DNA from: an uncultured Verrucomicrobiae bacterium
GTDB taxonomy: Bacteria; Verrucomicrobiota; Verrucomicrobiia; Chthoniobacterales; UBA10450
Direction of reading: 5' to 3'
Assembly: GCA_963834385.1 (NCBI GenBank)
Contig: CAWIBO010000002.1
Location: 1,248,001-1,312,000 of the forward strand
Length of the DNA: 64,000 nucleotides
The position numbers and the translations under genes were made by a program. Of this stretch, positions 1 to 9,562 are shown in pieces. The first letter of the stretch is position 1; every line of letters starts with the position of its first letter. The notes under the pieces were generated by a model that was given only the letters and a program-made list of their open reading frames with translations, was not told the DNA's origin and ran no database searches.

Positions 1-663
1 GAATCGCTCGAGTTGAACCGCGCGATCTATGGAATTGACCGGGGCCGCTTCCGAAAGGTGGTGGGCGAACTGAGCGAGCTCCTGGAGGTGCAGGACAAGA
101 TGAACGTCATGGTGCGGGAGCTGTCGCTCGGCGAACGGATGAAAATGGAGCTGATCTCAGCCCTGCTGCACGAGCCGCGGGTCCTCTTCCTCGATGAGCC
201 CACCATCGGGCTCGATGTCGTGAGCCAGAAAAGAGTGCGCGAATTTCTGCGCGTCTATAACGCCGAGCATCGCATCGTCACCATGCTGACGAGCCATTAC
301 ATGCAGGACATCGAGGAGCTTTGTCACCGCGTCATCATCATCGACCATGGCAAAATCTTCTTTGATGGACCGCTGAACTCGATCATCGACCGGTTTTCCG
401 GCTTCAAAATTCTGAGCCTGACTTTCGAAACGCAGGAGAGCCGGGATTTTGCCGGGTTGGGCGAGGTCCTGGAACAAACGCCCGTTTCCGTCCGGCTGAA
501 GGTGCCGCGGGCGAAGGTGACCGACACCTGCCGCCGGCTGCTGGAATCGTGCAGCGTCAGCGACATCAATGTGCAGGAACTGCCGGTGGAGGAAGTGGTG
601 CGGCAGCTTTTCGGCACCCGTCCCCGGCCGGAGAAAACGCCCGCGGCGGCGAACGAAGCCTAA
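1..663 (+). CDS. ABC transporter ATP-binding protein (ABC-2 type), 5' end outside window
   Basis: Signature LSLGERMK, Walker B/D-loop VLFLDEPTIGLD, H-loop TSHYM. No Walker A is present and the frame is open from base 1. Confidence 0.9.
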   Translation, partial: ESLELNRAIYGIDRGRFRKVVGELSELLEVQDKMNVMVRELSLGERMKMELISALLHEPRVLFLDEPTIGLDVVSQKRVREFLRVYNAEHRIVTMLTSHYMQDIEELCHRVIIIDHGKIFFDGPLNSIIDRFSGFKILSLTFETQESRDFAGLGEVLEQTPVSVRLKVPRAKVTDTCRRLLESCSVSDINVQELPVEEVVRQLFGTRPRPEKTPAAANEA

Positions 664-926
664 CGGCGCGTGAGAGCGCGGCGCAAGCTGCTGGTGTAGG
701 AGGCGTTGACCTCAAAGGCGGTCACGGGCAGCTGGGCCATCTCAATCTGGTCAGCAAAGGGGACGCTTTCGACAAACCCGGCCGACATGAGCGAGTTCAG
801 AGTGTCGGTGACATCATCCGGCTCCATCAGGGTCTGGTCCTGGATATCCGCCCCGAGCACGCTTTCGCCGAAACCGATCGCGCGCACGACGGAAGCCTCG
901 CGCCCGCTGAGTCTGATTTGCCGCAT
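660..926 (-). CDS. Hypothetical 88-aa protein, possibly winged helix
   Basis: Clean ORF. An extended -10 (TGC-TAAAAT) lies 6 nt before the ATG. Pattern LSGREASVVRAI...DVTDTLNSLMSAGFVE resembles a wHTH. Confidence 0.7.
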   Translation of the reverse strand: MRQIRLSGREASVVRAIGFGESVLGADIQDQTLMEPDDVTDTLNSLMSAGFVESVPFADQIEMAQLPVTAFEVNASYTSSLRRALTRR

Positions 927-962
927 GGATGAATTTTAGCAACTTCCATACCGGGCCCGGCC

Positions 963-1820
963 TCAGCCTTCCCCGGGTGGTTCGGCCAGGATGCTTTCCC
1001 GCATTGCGGTTTGAAAATCCGGAAAACGCGGCGACCAGCCGGCCGCGCGCAATTTCCGGTTGCTGACTCGCTTGTTGCTCGCGCTGCGCCGCCTGCCGGG
1101 ACTTTCCCCCGCGGGTGGTTCCGGTAGATCGAGTTCGCGCGCCAGCCAGCGCAGCGCCTCGTTCCGCGGTAACGGTTCATTATCCGCCACATTATAGATC
1201 CCCGGATTCCCGCGGCCGTCCGCAAGAAGAAACCAGATCGCTGCCGCAATGTCGTCCCGATGAACCTGGTTGAGGAAACGGTCAGGCCCGGGATCAAGGC
1301 GGGCTTCGCCACGGCGCAGGCTGGCGAGCATGTGGGACCGCCCCGGGCCGTAGATTCCGGCAAGACGGGCGACATAGCCCCCCTGCCGGAGAACAACCTC
1401 CTCGGCCGCCCGGAGGATGCGGGCTTTTTCGCCGGCCGGTTCCGCGGGGCTTTCCTCCGTCACCCAACTGCCATCGGCCTGGCCGTAGACGCTGGTGCTG
1501 CTGGTGAAGAGGATCGGCCGCTGCGGGAATGCCCGTGCCAGGTTTTCACAACCCCGAAGATAAACGTCGCGATATTCCGCTGGTTCGCCGCCCTTGGTGC
1601 TGGCGCAGTGGATGACCGCGTCGACCGTTGACGGTGCCGCCTTTTGCACCTCGGCGGCGTCCGCCAGGTTCACTGCGGCAGCCTCCCCCAGCTCATGGCG
1701 GAGCCGGTCGGCTGACTCGGCGGTGGCGGTCCAGCCGAGAACTTCCCAGCCGTGCTCGCGAAAAAGGCGGGCCGTGGCCAGGCCAACATACCCGCAACCG
1801 GCCACGAGCAGGCGCGACAT
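963..1820 (-). CDS. NAD(P)-dependent epimerase/dehydratase (atypical SDR, YeeZ-like)
   Basis: GCGYVG Rossmann motif, FTSSTSVYG, RLAGIYGPGR, YNVAD. Confidence 0.88.
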   Translation of the reverse strand: MSRLLVAGCGYVGLATARLFREHGWEVLGWTATAESADRLRHELGEAAAVNLADAAEVQKAAPSTVDAVIHCASTKGGEPAEYRDVYLRGCENLARAFPQRPILFTSSTSVYGQADGSWVTEESPAEPAGEKARILRAAEEVVLRQGGYVARLAGIYGPGRSHMLASLRRGEARLDPGPDRFLNQVHRDDIAAAIWFLLADGRGNPGIYNVADNEPLPRNEALRWLARELDLPEPPAGESPGRRRSASNKRVSNRKLRAAGWSPRFPDFQTAMRESILAEPPGEG

Positions 1821-2546
1821 CTAACGGGCGACGGCGCCGATCTCGATCTCGGCGAAGGGATCGGCTTGATGCGCGCGGACCTGCTTGAGCCGGATGAGCT
1901 CGAGGAGGGCGAGGAAAGTGACCACGATCTCAACGCGGGAAGCCAGCCCGGCAAAAAGCTCGGAAAAACGCAGGTGTCCGCCGCCTTCGAGGCGCCGGAC
2001 GATCAGATCGATCTTATCCGAGACGGAGAAATTCTCCCCGAAGATCTCCTGCAGGTTCTCGCGGGCCTCGACTCGCTTGACCACGTTCTGGAAGGCGTTG
2101 ATCAACTGGAAAATGCCGACTTCGCCGAGGAGCAGGGGGGTTTCCATCGGCGGGCGGACATCGCCGGCGCGGGCGAAGGTCAGCTCCTGCCGGAGGCCGC
2201 GTTGCTGCAGTTCCGCGGCCGCTTCCTTGAATTTCTTGTACTCGATCAACTGCCGGATCAGCTCCCAGCGCGGATCGTCCTCCTCCGCATCCTCCTCGGG
2301 CGGCTGCTGGTCGACCGGGAGGAGGCTGCGGCTCTTCAGGTAGATCAGGGTCGCGGCCATGACGACGAACTCGCCCGCGATGTCGATGTTCAGTTCCTTG
2401 AAGGCCTGCAAGTATTCAAGGTACTGTCGGGTGATGCGTTCAAGCGAGATGTCGTAGATATCAAGCTCGTCCCGTTTGATCAGGTAGAGCAGGAGATCGA
2501 GCGGCCCCTCGAAAATATCCAGCCGCACTTTGTAATCTGTTTCCAT
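1821..2546 (-). CDS. scpA: Segregation and condensation protein A
   Basis: FEGPLDLLLYLI, EFVVMAATLIYLKSRSLLP and VTFLALLELIR kleisin motifs. Confidence 0.95.
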   Translation of the reverse strand: METDYKVRLDIFEGPLDLLLYLIKRDELDIYDISLERITRQYLEYLQAFKELNIDIAGEFVVMAATLIYLKSRSLLPVDQQPPEEDAEEDDPRWELIRQLIEYKKFKEAAAELQQRGLRQELTFARAGDVRPPMETPLLLGEVGIFQLINAFQNVVKRVEARENLQEIFGENFSVSDKIDLIVRRLEGGGHLRFSELFAGLASRVEIVVTFLALLELIRLKQVRAHQADPFAEIEIGAVAR

Positions 2547-2603
2547 GAAGTCGGCCGCACGTTAGCCCTGCCGGTGCGCGATGAAAAGGAACCGGTTTAC
2601 CCC

Positions 2604-3719
2604 TCAGGGCCGGCCTGTTTTCCGGTGGACCCAGACGCTGTTGACGATGCCGAGGCCAAACATGATGACCAGGACAAAGGAGCCGCTGTAGCTGATCAGC
2701 GGCAGGGGCACGCCCGTGATCGGGAGCAAGGCGATGGTCATGCCGACGTTCTGGAAGATGTGCGTGAAAATGAGGCCGCTGACGCCCACGACCAGGAGCA
2801 TGCCAAATTGGTCCGCGGCACAAAAAGCCACAAAGAGACACGTGAGCAGAAGGAGGGCGAAGGCGGCCACGAGGAAGGTGCCGCCGACAAAACCCCATTG
2901 CTCGGCGATGGCCGAGAAAATGTAATCGTTGTGCACCGCGGTGGAGGGAAGAAAGCCCAGCTCGACCTGAGTATTGGGCGCCTTGAAGCCTTTCCCTTCC
3001 CACCCGCCCGAGCCGATCGCGATGAGGGATTGCCGGATGGCCCAGGCTGAGCCCTGCGGATCGATCTCCGGGTTCCAGAACGCGGTAATACGGTCCTGTT
3101 GATACGGTTTAAGGACAAAGAAGAAGGCGAGCGGCAGGACGGCCACCACGATCAGGATGACCGACATGAGGTAGCGGAAGGGAATGCCCGCGACGAAGAG
3201 CATGGCGAGCATGACCGGTCCCCAGATGATGGTTTCGCCGAGGTCGGGCTGCATCAGGATAAGGAGGCAGGGGGCGCCGGCGATGGCGCCGCTGAGAGCC
3301 AGCCGCAGCATGGGATGCATCTGGCGGAACTGGCTCAGGAAAAGCGCCAGGACCATGATGCCCGCGATGACGGCGAGCTGGGCCGGCTGGAAATTGATCG
3401 GGCCGAGCTGGAGCCAGCTGCGCGCGCCGTAGACCTTGGTCCCGATGAACCGGGTCAGGATCAGGAAAACAAGGCTGGCGAAGTACATCGGGAGGGCGCC
3501 CCACTTGATCCAGCGGTAATCGACCAGACTGGCGACCATGAAGGCCACTACGCCGACCGCGACCCAGTTGGCCTGTTTGCGCCAGAATTCGGACGAAACC
3601 GGGTCGTCCCGCATATAGGTGGCGCTGTAAATGGCAATCACGCCAAAGATGGCCAGCGCCAGCATGTTGGCGAAAAGCAGCCAGTTCAGGCCGATTAATT
3701 TGCGGAGAAAGGGGGTCAC
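2604..3719 (-). CDS. rodA: SEDS family peptidoglycan glycosyltransferase, RodA-like
   Basis: GARSW, QPDLG, QSLIAIGSGG, HNDYIFS and TGVPLPLISYSGS motifs; polytopic membrane protein. Confidence 0.88.
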   Translation of the reverse strand: MTPFLRKLIGLNWLLFANMLALAIFGVIAIYSATYMRDDPVSSEFWRKQANWVAVGVVAFMVASLVDYRWIKWGALPMYFASLVFLILTRFIGTKVYGARSWLQLGPINFQPAQLAVIAGIMVLALFLSQFRQMHPMLRLALSGAIAGAPCLLILMQPDLGETIIWGPVMLAMLFVAGIPFRYLMSVILIVVAVLPLAFFFVLKPYQQDRITAFWNPEIDPQGSAWAIRQSLIAIGSGGWEGKGFKAPNTQVELGFLPSTAVHNDYIFSAIAEQWGFVGGTFLVAAFALLLLTCLFVAFCAADQFGMLLVVGVSGLIFTHIFQNVGMTIALLPITGVPLPLISYSGSFVLVIMFGLGIVNSVWVHRKTGRP

Positions 3720-3836
3720 AGGTGAAAGGGGAACCGGGTGACCGCGATTATAGCCGCGACGGTAGCGCCCGCAAATCAGAGCCGGCGCCGCTCCCGGCCT
3801 GGCCCCCCGGTGCGGGGCGCGTGACCGGAATGACCG

Positions 3837-3865
3837 TCGACAAAAAATTGGCGTTGCGATACTCT
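3837..3865 (+). promoter_or_regulatory. sigma70-like promoter of the rhomboid gene (leaderless geometry)
   Basis: TCGACA-N17-TACTCT, ending 6 nt before ATG 3872. Confidence 0.5.
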
Positions 3866-3871
3866 CGACTC

Positions 3872-4711
3872 ATGCGGCTTTCCGGACGCAAGCCCTCCTC
3901 CTTTACCCGCCGGTGGACGCAGCCGCAGCGGTTTGCCCTGCTTGGGCTGATCGGGATCAACGTGGCCGTCTCGCTGGCCCAGTTGCTTCTGCAGGGATAC
4001 GACCCGTCCATCGTCCGGGAATACCTGGCCCTCAGCGACCAGGGCCTGAAGGCGGCCTACGGCTGGCAGTTTCTCTCCGCCATGTTTCTGCATTCCGGCC
4101 CGTGGCATCTCATCGGGAACATGCTCATTTTCTATCTCCTCGGCCGGGACGTGGAATTGATCATCGGCCAGCGCCATTTTCTCTTCCTTTATCTTTTGGG
4201 GGCTGTCGGCGGCGAACTGAGCCACCTGTTTCTGATGCCGTCGCACACCATCCTGCTGGCGGCTTCCGGCGGCGTCGCGGCCGTCGTCATTTCCTACGCC
4301 ACCATCCTCCCGGAACTGGAGCTGGCCGTGCTCCCGTTCCCCTCGCGGACTTTCCGGCTCAAGGCGAAGTATCTCGCCTTTGCCCTCGTCGCCCTCGCTC
4401 TGATCCTCGTGGTGACCGACCGCAGCGGCACTGTCAGTCACAGTGCCTATCTCGGCGGCTGCGCGGTGGGCTGGATCTACACGCACCTGCTCGGGTTTGG
4501 ACGGCCCTCCTATTTCCAGCGCGCCCGCCAGCAACGACGGTTCGAGACGGAACGGATCGAGCGCATGAGCCCCGGGCAGTTTCTCGCCGAGGAAATCGAT
4601 CCCCTGCTCGACAAGATCTCGCGCGAGGGGATAAACAGCCTGACGCGGGCGGAGAGAAAGAAACTGGCTGAAGCCAGCGCCCGCCTGGAGAAAGATCCGG
4701 GTACGGCCTAG
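3872..4711 (+). CDS. Rhomboid-family intramembrane protein with soluble C-terminal helical domain; catalytic His absent
   Basis: WQFLSAMFLH, HLIGNM, AASGG, SAYLGG. The C-terminal IDPLLDKISREGINSLTRAERKKL is typical of DUF6576-type tails. Confidence 0.85.
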   Translation: MRLSGRKPSSFTRRWTQPQRFALLGLIGINVAVSLAQLLLQGYDPSIVREYLALSDQGLKAAYGWQFLSAMFLHSGPWHLIGNMLIFYLLGRDVELIIGQRHFLFLYLLGAVGGELSHLFLMPSHTILLAASGGVAAVVISYATILPELELAVLPFPSRTFRLKAKYLAFALVALALILVVTDRSGTVSHSAYLGGCAVGWIYTHLLGFGRPSYFQRARQQRRFETERIERMSPGQFLAEEIDPLLDKISREGINSLTRAERKKLAEASARLEKDPGTA

Positions 4712-4785
4712 AGGGGCGCAGGCCCCCGGACCGCGACGCCTGGCGCTGGCATGACCGGCTTCCCGGGTTCACCTTGCACATACGC

Positions 4786-7524
4786 ATGGCGAAACACTGG
4801 GCGACAGAAAAGGCGCGGCTGACGCTGAACCCGCCCCGGGTCGAAAGCGCGCTGCGTCGTTTGCAGGAAATCTGGCCGGCGGAGGAAAAACCCCTGCCGG
4901 AAGTGATGGAGGCGTTTCCGCTCGGTGAAAACGCCCTGCTGCATCTCCTCGCCGTCTCGAGCATTTGCGCCACGCGTCTCCTGCAGACGCCCGACATGCT
5001 GCTCTGGCTTTCCCAGCCGCACATTTGTGATGCCGATCGCGGCCCGCGCCGGATGCGGGCCGATCTCGATGCCTTTGCCGGGACCGACGTCGCGGGCAAC
5101 AATTTTCGGGCGCTCCGGATCTGGAAAGGCCGTGAGATCACGCGGATCGCGCTGCGCGAAGTGGCGGAAAAGGCGTCGCTCGAGGAAACGATGCTGGAGT
5201 TGTCCCACCTCGCGGATATCTGTCTCGAGACGGTGCATCATCATTGGGATGCGGAACTCCGCCGCCGCTCCGGTTCTCCTTCGACCGGTCTGGCCATCGT
5301 TGCCCTTGGAAAACTGGGCGCGCGCGAGCTGAACCACAGCTCCGACGTCGACGTCATGTTCATCTATGGGGAGGAAGGGGCGCACGGCGCGGCCTCCACC
5401 CACCACGAGTGGTGCAACCGGCTGGCGGCGAAAATCGCCCAGACGTTTTCCGCCAGCGACCCGGCCGGCGCGCTTTTCCGGATCGACCTGCGTTTGCGCC
5501 CGGAGGGGACCCATGGGCCGCTGGCGCGCTCCCTTGAGAGCATGGAAAATTATTACGCCGGGTTTGGGGAGAGCTGGGAACGGCTCATGTTGATGAAGGC
5601 GCGCGGCGTCTGCGGCAACCGCGAGGTGGCGTATGAGTTCATCCACCAGCACCAGCCTTTCATTTATCCGCGCAGCCCGACCCCGGACCTGCTCGATGAG
5701 GTGGCGGGGATCAAACGGCGCATCGAGCGCGACGTGGTGGGCCACGAAGACCTTGAACGCAACGTCAAGCTGGGCGCGGGCGGTATCCGGGAGATCGAGT
5801 TCGTGGTGCAGGCGCTGCAACTTTTGCATGGCGCGCGCAATGCCTTCCTCCAGGAAACCAGCACGCTTAAGGCGCTGGCGGCCCTGCGCGAACTGGAACT
5901 TCTCCCGCCGGCGGACGTGCAGGCGCTCGACGGCGCCTACCGGTTCCTCCGCACGGTCGAACACCGTCTCCAGATTGAGGCGGAACAACAAACCCACACC
6001 CTTCCTTCCGAGCCGGAGGCGCTGGGGCGGGTTGCCTTGAGCCTCGGGTTCCCAGGGGTTGACCAGTTTCGCGAAGAGCTCGCCCGCTACACCCAGGGTG
6101 TGCGCCAGGTGTTCCAGCGGGTGGTCAGCGTTCGCTCCACCGATTCCAGCCGGTCCCCTCCGCTTTCCGCCATCTTCCGGGATGAGGCCCGGGCGGCGCG
6201 CGCTCTGGCCGATTTGGCCCAGGCGCAGGGATCCTTCCACGTGGCGCCGCGGACCCAGCAGGTGTTTCGGCGGCTGCAGCCGCTTTTGCTCGCCCAACTT
6301 TCCGGCACAGGCGACCCGGACATGGCGCTGACCCAACTGCTGCGCTTTGTCGAGGCCTATGGGATGCGCAGCATGCTCTTCGAGCTGCTCGTGAGCAACC
6401 CGCGCCTGCTGGAACTGCTGGTCAGGACGTTCGACGCCAGCCGGTTTGCCGGCGATCTCCTGATTCGCCGTCCGCAATTGCTGGAGGAGATCACGCGGCG
6501 GAGCGACTTCAACCGAACGCCCAGCGTGGCGGAGCACCTGGCCCAGCTGCGTGGATCGCCGGAAATCGAGGCCGTTCGCTCCTATCGCCAAAGTCATTTG
6601 CTGCGCATCCTCCTGCGGGATGTCCTTGGGCTGGCCGGCATTAACGAAGTGGCGCGTGAGCACGCCAACCTCGCGGAGGCCTGCCTGATCGTCACCCATC
6701 TCCAGGCCACGACGGAGCGGGACGTGACCGTGATTGCGCTCGGAAAATTCGGCGGAGGCGAGCTCAGCTACGGGAGCGATTTGGATGTGGTTTTTGTCGG
6801 GACAGATTCACGCCCGGCCCGGGCGCTTGTTGCCACCATGGGATTGAAAACGGCGGAAGGCGCGCTGGGCGTGCTCGACTCGCGGCTGCGTCCGGATGGC
6901 GAGAAAGGGCCGTTGGTGGTGCCTTTGGAGGGTTTTGTGGCCTACTACGAAGGCCGGGCGCAATTCTGGGAACTGCAAACGCTCACCCGCGCCCGGGCCA
7001 TTGCCGGTCCGGCGGGAGACGACTTTATCGCCGCGGCGCAGGCGGCCTGGCGCCGGGCGGGGCGTCTCCCCGGCATCGAGGAAAAGATCGGCGACATGCT
7101 CGGCCGCATCCAGCGCGACCGGAGCCGCGGGAACCCGCAGCTTGATTTCAAGACCGGGGCCGGCGGGATCGTGGAGGCGGAGTTTCTTGTCCAGCTCCTG
7201 CAAATGCGGCACGACGTCTGGGAACCGAACTGGTCGCGCGCACTCGGTCTGCTCGTTGACCGGGAGATTGTGCCGGAAACGGAAGCCGCCGCTTTGCGGG
7301 GCGGATACGAATTGCTGCGCCGGATTGAATCAGCGCTGCGGCGCTGGGAGAACACCGGTGTTTCCATCCTGCCGGCCGATGAATTTGGCCAGTTTCGGCT
7401 GGCCCGCTGGCTTGGGTTTGAAAGCGCCGCCAGCTTTTGGGGCGCCTATGCCGCGGCGCGCGAGACGATTCACGCGCTTTACGGCCGCCTTACCAGCCGG
7501 GAAGCGACTGCGCCATCGCGTTGA
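4786..7524 (+). CDS. glnE: Bifunctional glutamine synthetase adenylyltransferase/adenylyl-removing enzyme
   Basis: Two nucleotidyltransferase domains: ALGKLGARELNHSSDVD...RIDLRLRPEG and ALGKFGGGELSYGSDLD...DSRLRPDG; also NVKLGAGGIREIEF. Confidence 0.93.
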   Translation: MAKHWATEKARLTLNPPRVESALRRLQEIWPAEEKPLPEVMEAFPLGENALLHLLAVSSICATRLLQTPDMLLWLSQPHICDADRGPRRMRADLDAFAGTDVAGNNFRALRIWKGREITRIALREVAEKASLEETMLELSHLADICLETVHHHWDAELRRRSGSPSTGLAIVALGKLGARELNHSSDVDVMFIYGEEGAHGAASTHHEWCNRLAAKIAQTFSASDPAGALFRIDLRLRPEGTHGPLARSLESMENYYAGFGESWERLMLMKARGVCGNREVAYEFIHQHQPFIYPRSPTPDLLDEVAGIKRRIERDVVGHEDLERNVKLGAGGIREIEFVVQALQLLHGARNAFLQETSTLKALAALRELELLPPADVQALDGAYRFLRTVEHRLQIEAEQQTHTLPSEPEALGRVALSLGFPGVDQFREELARYTQGVRQVFQRVVSVRSTDSSRSPPLSAIFRDEARAARALADLAQAQGSFHVAPRTQQVFRRLQPLLLAQLSGTGDPDMALTQLLRFVEAYGMRSMLFELLVSNPRLLELLVRTFDASRFAGDLLIRRPQLLEEITRRSDFNRTPSVAEHLAQLRGSPEIEAVRSYRQSHLLRILLRDVLGLAGINEVAREHANLAEACLIVTHLQATTERDVTVIALGKFGGGELSYGSDLDVVFVGTDSRPARALVATMGLKTAEGALGVLDSRLRPDGEKGPLVVPLEGFVAYYEGRAQFWELQTLTRARAIAGPAGDDFIAAAQAAWRRAGRLPGIEEKIGDMLGRIQRDRSRGNPQLDFKTGAGGIVEAEFLVQLLQMRHDVWEPNWSRALGLLVDREIVPETEAAALRGGYELLRRIESALRRWENTGVSILPADEFGQFRLARWLGFESAASFWGAYAAARETIHALYGRLTSREATAPSR

Positions 7525-8011
7525 GCAGAAAGATGGTCGCGGCCAGGCCGCCGATGATAACGAGACCGAGCAGCGCGATCACGCCAAAGACGAAGAGCCA
7601 GTCGCTCGTCCGCGGTTTGCGCGCCGCCGCGGTGTGTTCCTGCAGGATGCGCAGGTTGCGCGCATTTGATTTGAACCAGACGGAAAAGGCGTCGCCCGCC
7701 ACCGGGATGATGCCGATGATCTGGTTGAGCAGGATGTTGACCGACATCCGGGCGAGCAGGATTTTCGGCACGCCGGCGCGCGCGGCCTGAATCAGGGCAA
7801 AGGCCGAGACCAGGGCGGAACCGGTGTCGCCCAGGCCCGGGATCAGGCCGATGAGCGGGTCCAGGCCGACGCGGAAGCGGGTCCCGGGGATGCGCAGCAG
7901 ATCGTCCATCAGGAGGGCGATCCAGCGGAAGAGCGGTTCGGTCTGCTTCCGCGCCTCGGATTCCGGCGGGAGCACCTCCCAGTCAACGTCTTTGGCGGAA
8001 GGCGGTGGCAT
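7490..8011 (-). CDS. DUF4112-type membrane protein
   Basis: LMDDLLRIPGTRFRVGLDPLIGLIPGLGD, GIIPVAGDAF...FKSNARN. Confidence 0.85.
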   Translation of the reverse strand: MPPPSAKDVDWEVLPPESEARKQTEPLFRWIALLMDDLLRIPGTRFRVGLDPLIGLIPGLGDTGSALVSAFALIQAARAGVPKILLARMSVNILLNQIIGIIPVAGDAFSVWFKSNARNLRILQEHTAAARKPRTSDWLFVFGVIALLGLVIIGGLAATIFLLNAMAQSLPGW

Positions 8012-8084
8012 GGAGAAAAGTTGGCGGCGCCGGGCGATTTGTCCGCCCCCATTTCGCGAAAGCGAAGGCGGCGGTTCGGTCCGG

Positions 8085-9503
8085 CTAGCCCGGGATGCCC
8101 TTGAGCATCTCGAAGTTGGTCGGGAACTTCTTCACGAACATCAGGAGCCGCTCGATGGCTTCGTTGGGCTTGTGCCCGGCCAGGCCGCGCCGGATGAGAT
8201 TGATCTTCTCCAGTTCCCAGTCCTGCAGGAGCAGCTCCTCGCGGCGGGTGCCGGAAAGGAAAATATCGACGGCCGGGTAAACGCGCGCATCGCTGATCTT
8301 GCGATCGAGCACGAGCTCCATGTTACCGGTCCCCTTGAATTCCTGGAAGATCAGCTCGTCCATGCGGCTCCCGGTCTCGATGAGGGCGGTGGCCACGATG
8401 GTGAGGGAACCGGCCTCCTCGGTGTTGCGCGCCGCGGCGAAAATCTTGCGGGGAATTTCCATGGCGCGAGCGTCGATGCCGCCGCTCATGGTGCGTCCGC
8501 CGCCGCCGGTGGCGTTGTTAAAGGCGCGGGCGGTGCGGGTGATCGAGTCGAGCAGGATGAAGACATGTTTGCCCGCCTCCACCATGCGCTTGGCCCGCTC
8601 GACCGCGAGCTGCGCGATGCGGGTGTGGCTCTTGATGTCGCTGTCGTTCGAGCTGGCCATGATCTCCGCGTCCGGGCAGGAACGGCGGAAATCGGTCACC
8701 TCTTCCGGGCGCTCGTCCACCAGGAGGATGATGAGTTTCATTTCCGGGTGATTTTTCACCACGGCGTCGGCGATGTGATGCAGGAGCGTGGTCTTGCCGG
8801 TGCGAGGCGGGGCCACGATCAGGCCGCGCTGGCCCATGCCGAGCGGGGTCATCAGGTCCATGATGCGAGTGGTGAAGCGATCGGGCACCGTCTCCAGCTT
8901 GATCCGCTTGTTCGGGTTGATCGTGGTCAGTTCCTCGAACGGGCGCAGGCCCTGGTAGGTGGTCGGTTCGTCCCCGTTGATTTTGAGCAGTTTGGTTAAC
9001 TGCGGACCGCGGTTGCCCCGGCGGGTTTCGCCATGGATCCACATGCCGTCGCGCAGGTTAAAGCGGCGCACGATCTCGGGCGTCACGAAAATGTCCTGCG
9101 GGGTCTGGACGAAGTTACGCTTGGAATCGCGGAGGAAGCCAAAGCCTTTGCCTGAGATCTCGATGATGCCGTCGCCGAACTCCGGTTCGCGGGGCGGCTG
9201 GTCGCCGTTCTGCGGCTCATCCTCAAAATTCTCGTAGTCGCCCTCGGCCGGCGCCTGGTCTTCGCTCCAAGATTCGCCGCCGCCTCCGCCACCACCGCCG
9301 GAACCAAAGCTGCCGCCGCCACCACCGCCACCGTTGCCGCGGTTGAAATTGCGGCGCGGACCGCGCCGACGGGGACGCCGCTGGCGTCGGGGAGGCGCAT
9401 CGCCGGAACGCTGGGGCGTCTCCTCCGTGCGGGGGGCTTCACCTGATGACTGCGGCGGGGCCGCTGTTTCCAGCGGACGCTGGTTCTCGTTGTCTTCGCT
9501 CAT
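8085..9503 (-). CDS. rho: Transcription termination factor Rho with low-complexity N-terminal extension
   Basis: GFGFLR, APPRTGKT, LLVDERPEEVTD, LLDSITR, IFQEFKGTGNMEL, SGTRREELL. Confidence 0.97.
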   Translation of the reverse strand: MSEDNENQRPLETAAPPQSSGEAPRTEETPQRSGDAPPRRQRRPRRRGPRRNFNRGNGGGGGGGSFGSGGGGGGGGESWSEDQAPAEGDYENFEDEPQNGDQPPREPEFGDGIIEISGKGFGFLRDSKRNFVQTPQDIFVTPEIVRRFNLRDGMWIHGETRRGNRGPQLTKLLKINGDEPTTYQGLRPFEELTTINPNKRIKLETVPDRFTTRIMDLMTPLGMGQRGLIVAPPRTGKTTLLHHIADAVVKNHPEMKLIILLVDERPEEVTDFRRSCPDAEIMASSNDSDIKSHTRIAQLAVERAKRMVEAGKHVFILLDSITRTARAFNNATGGGGRTMSGGIDARAMEIPRKIFAAARNTEEAGSLTIVATALIETGSRMDELIFQEFKGTGNMELVLDRKISDARVYPAVDIFLSGTRREELLLQDWELEKINLIRRGLAGHKPNEAIERLLMFVKKFPTNFEMLKGIPG

Positions 9504-9562
9504 ATCAAAATGGGGGTCGGCTCAGTGGGCGCAGGGATTTGCTGCGGAGCCGTTTCTCTTTC

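Noticed and set aside
4708..6699. 663-aa antisense ORF, and similar long ORFs at 12975-14999, 15139-16863, 27814-29607, 30355-32529, 45328-46809 and 54777-56573
   Set aside because: These are shadow frames of well-supported genes. High GC3 codon bias depletes stops on the opposite strand, and they show no protein motifs.
9270..9335. CCG/CCA trinucleotide-like repeats
   Set aside because: They encode the poly-Gly tracts of Rho and are not an independent repeat element.
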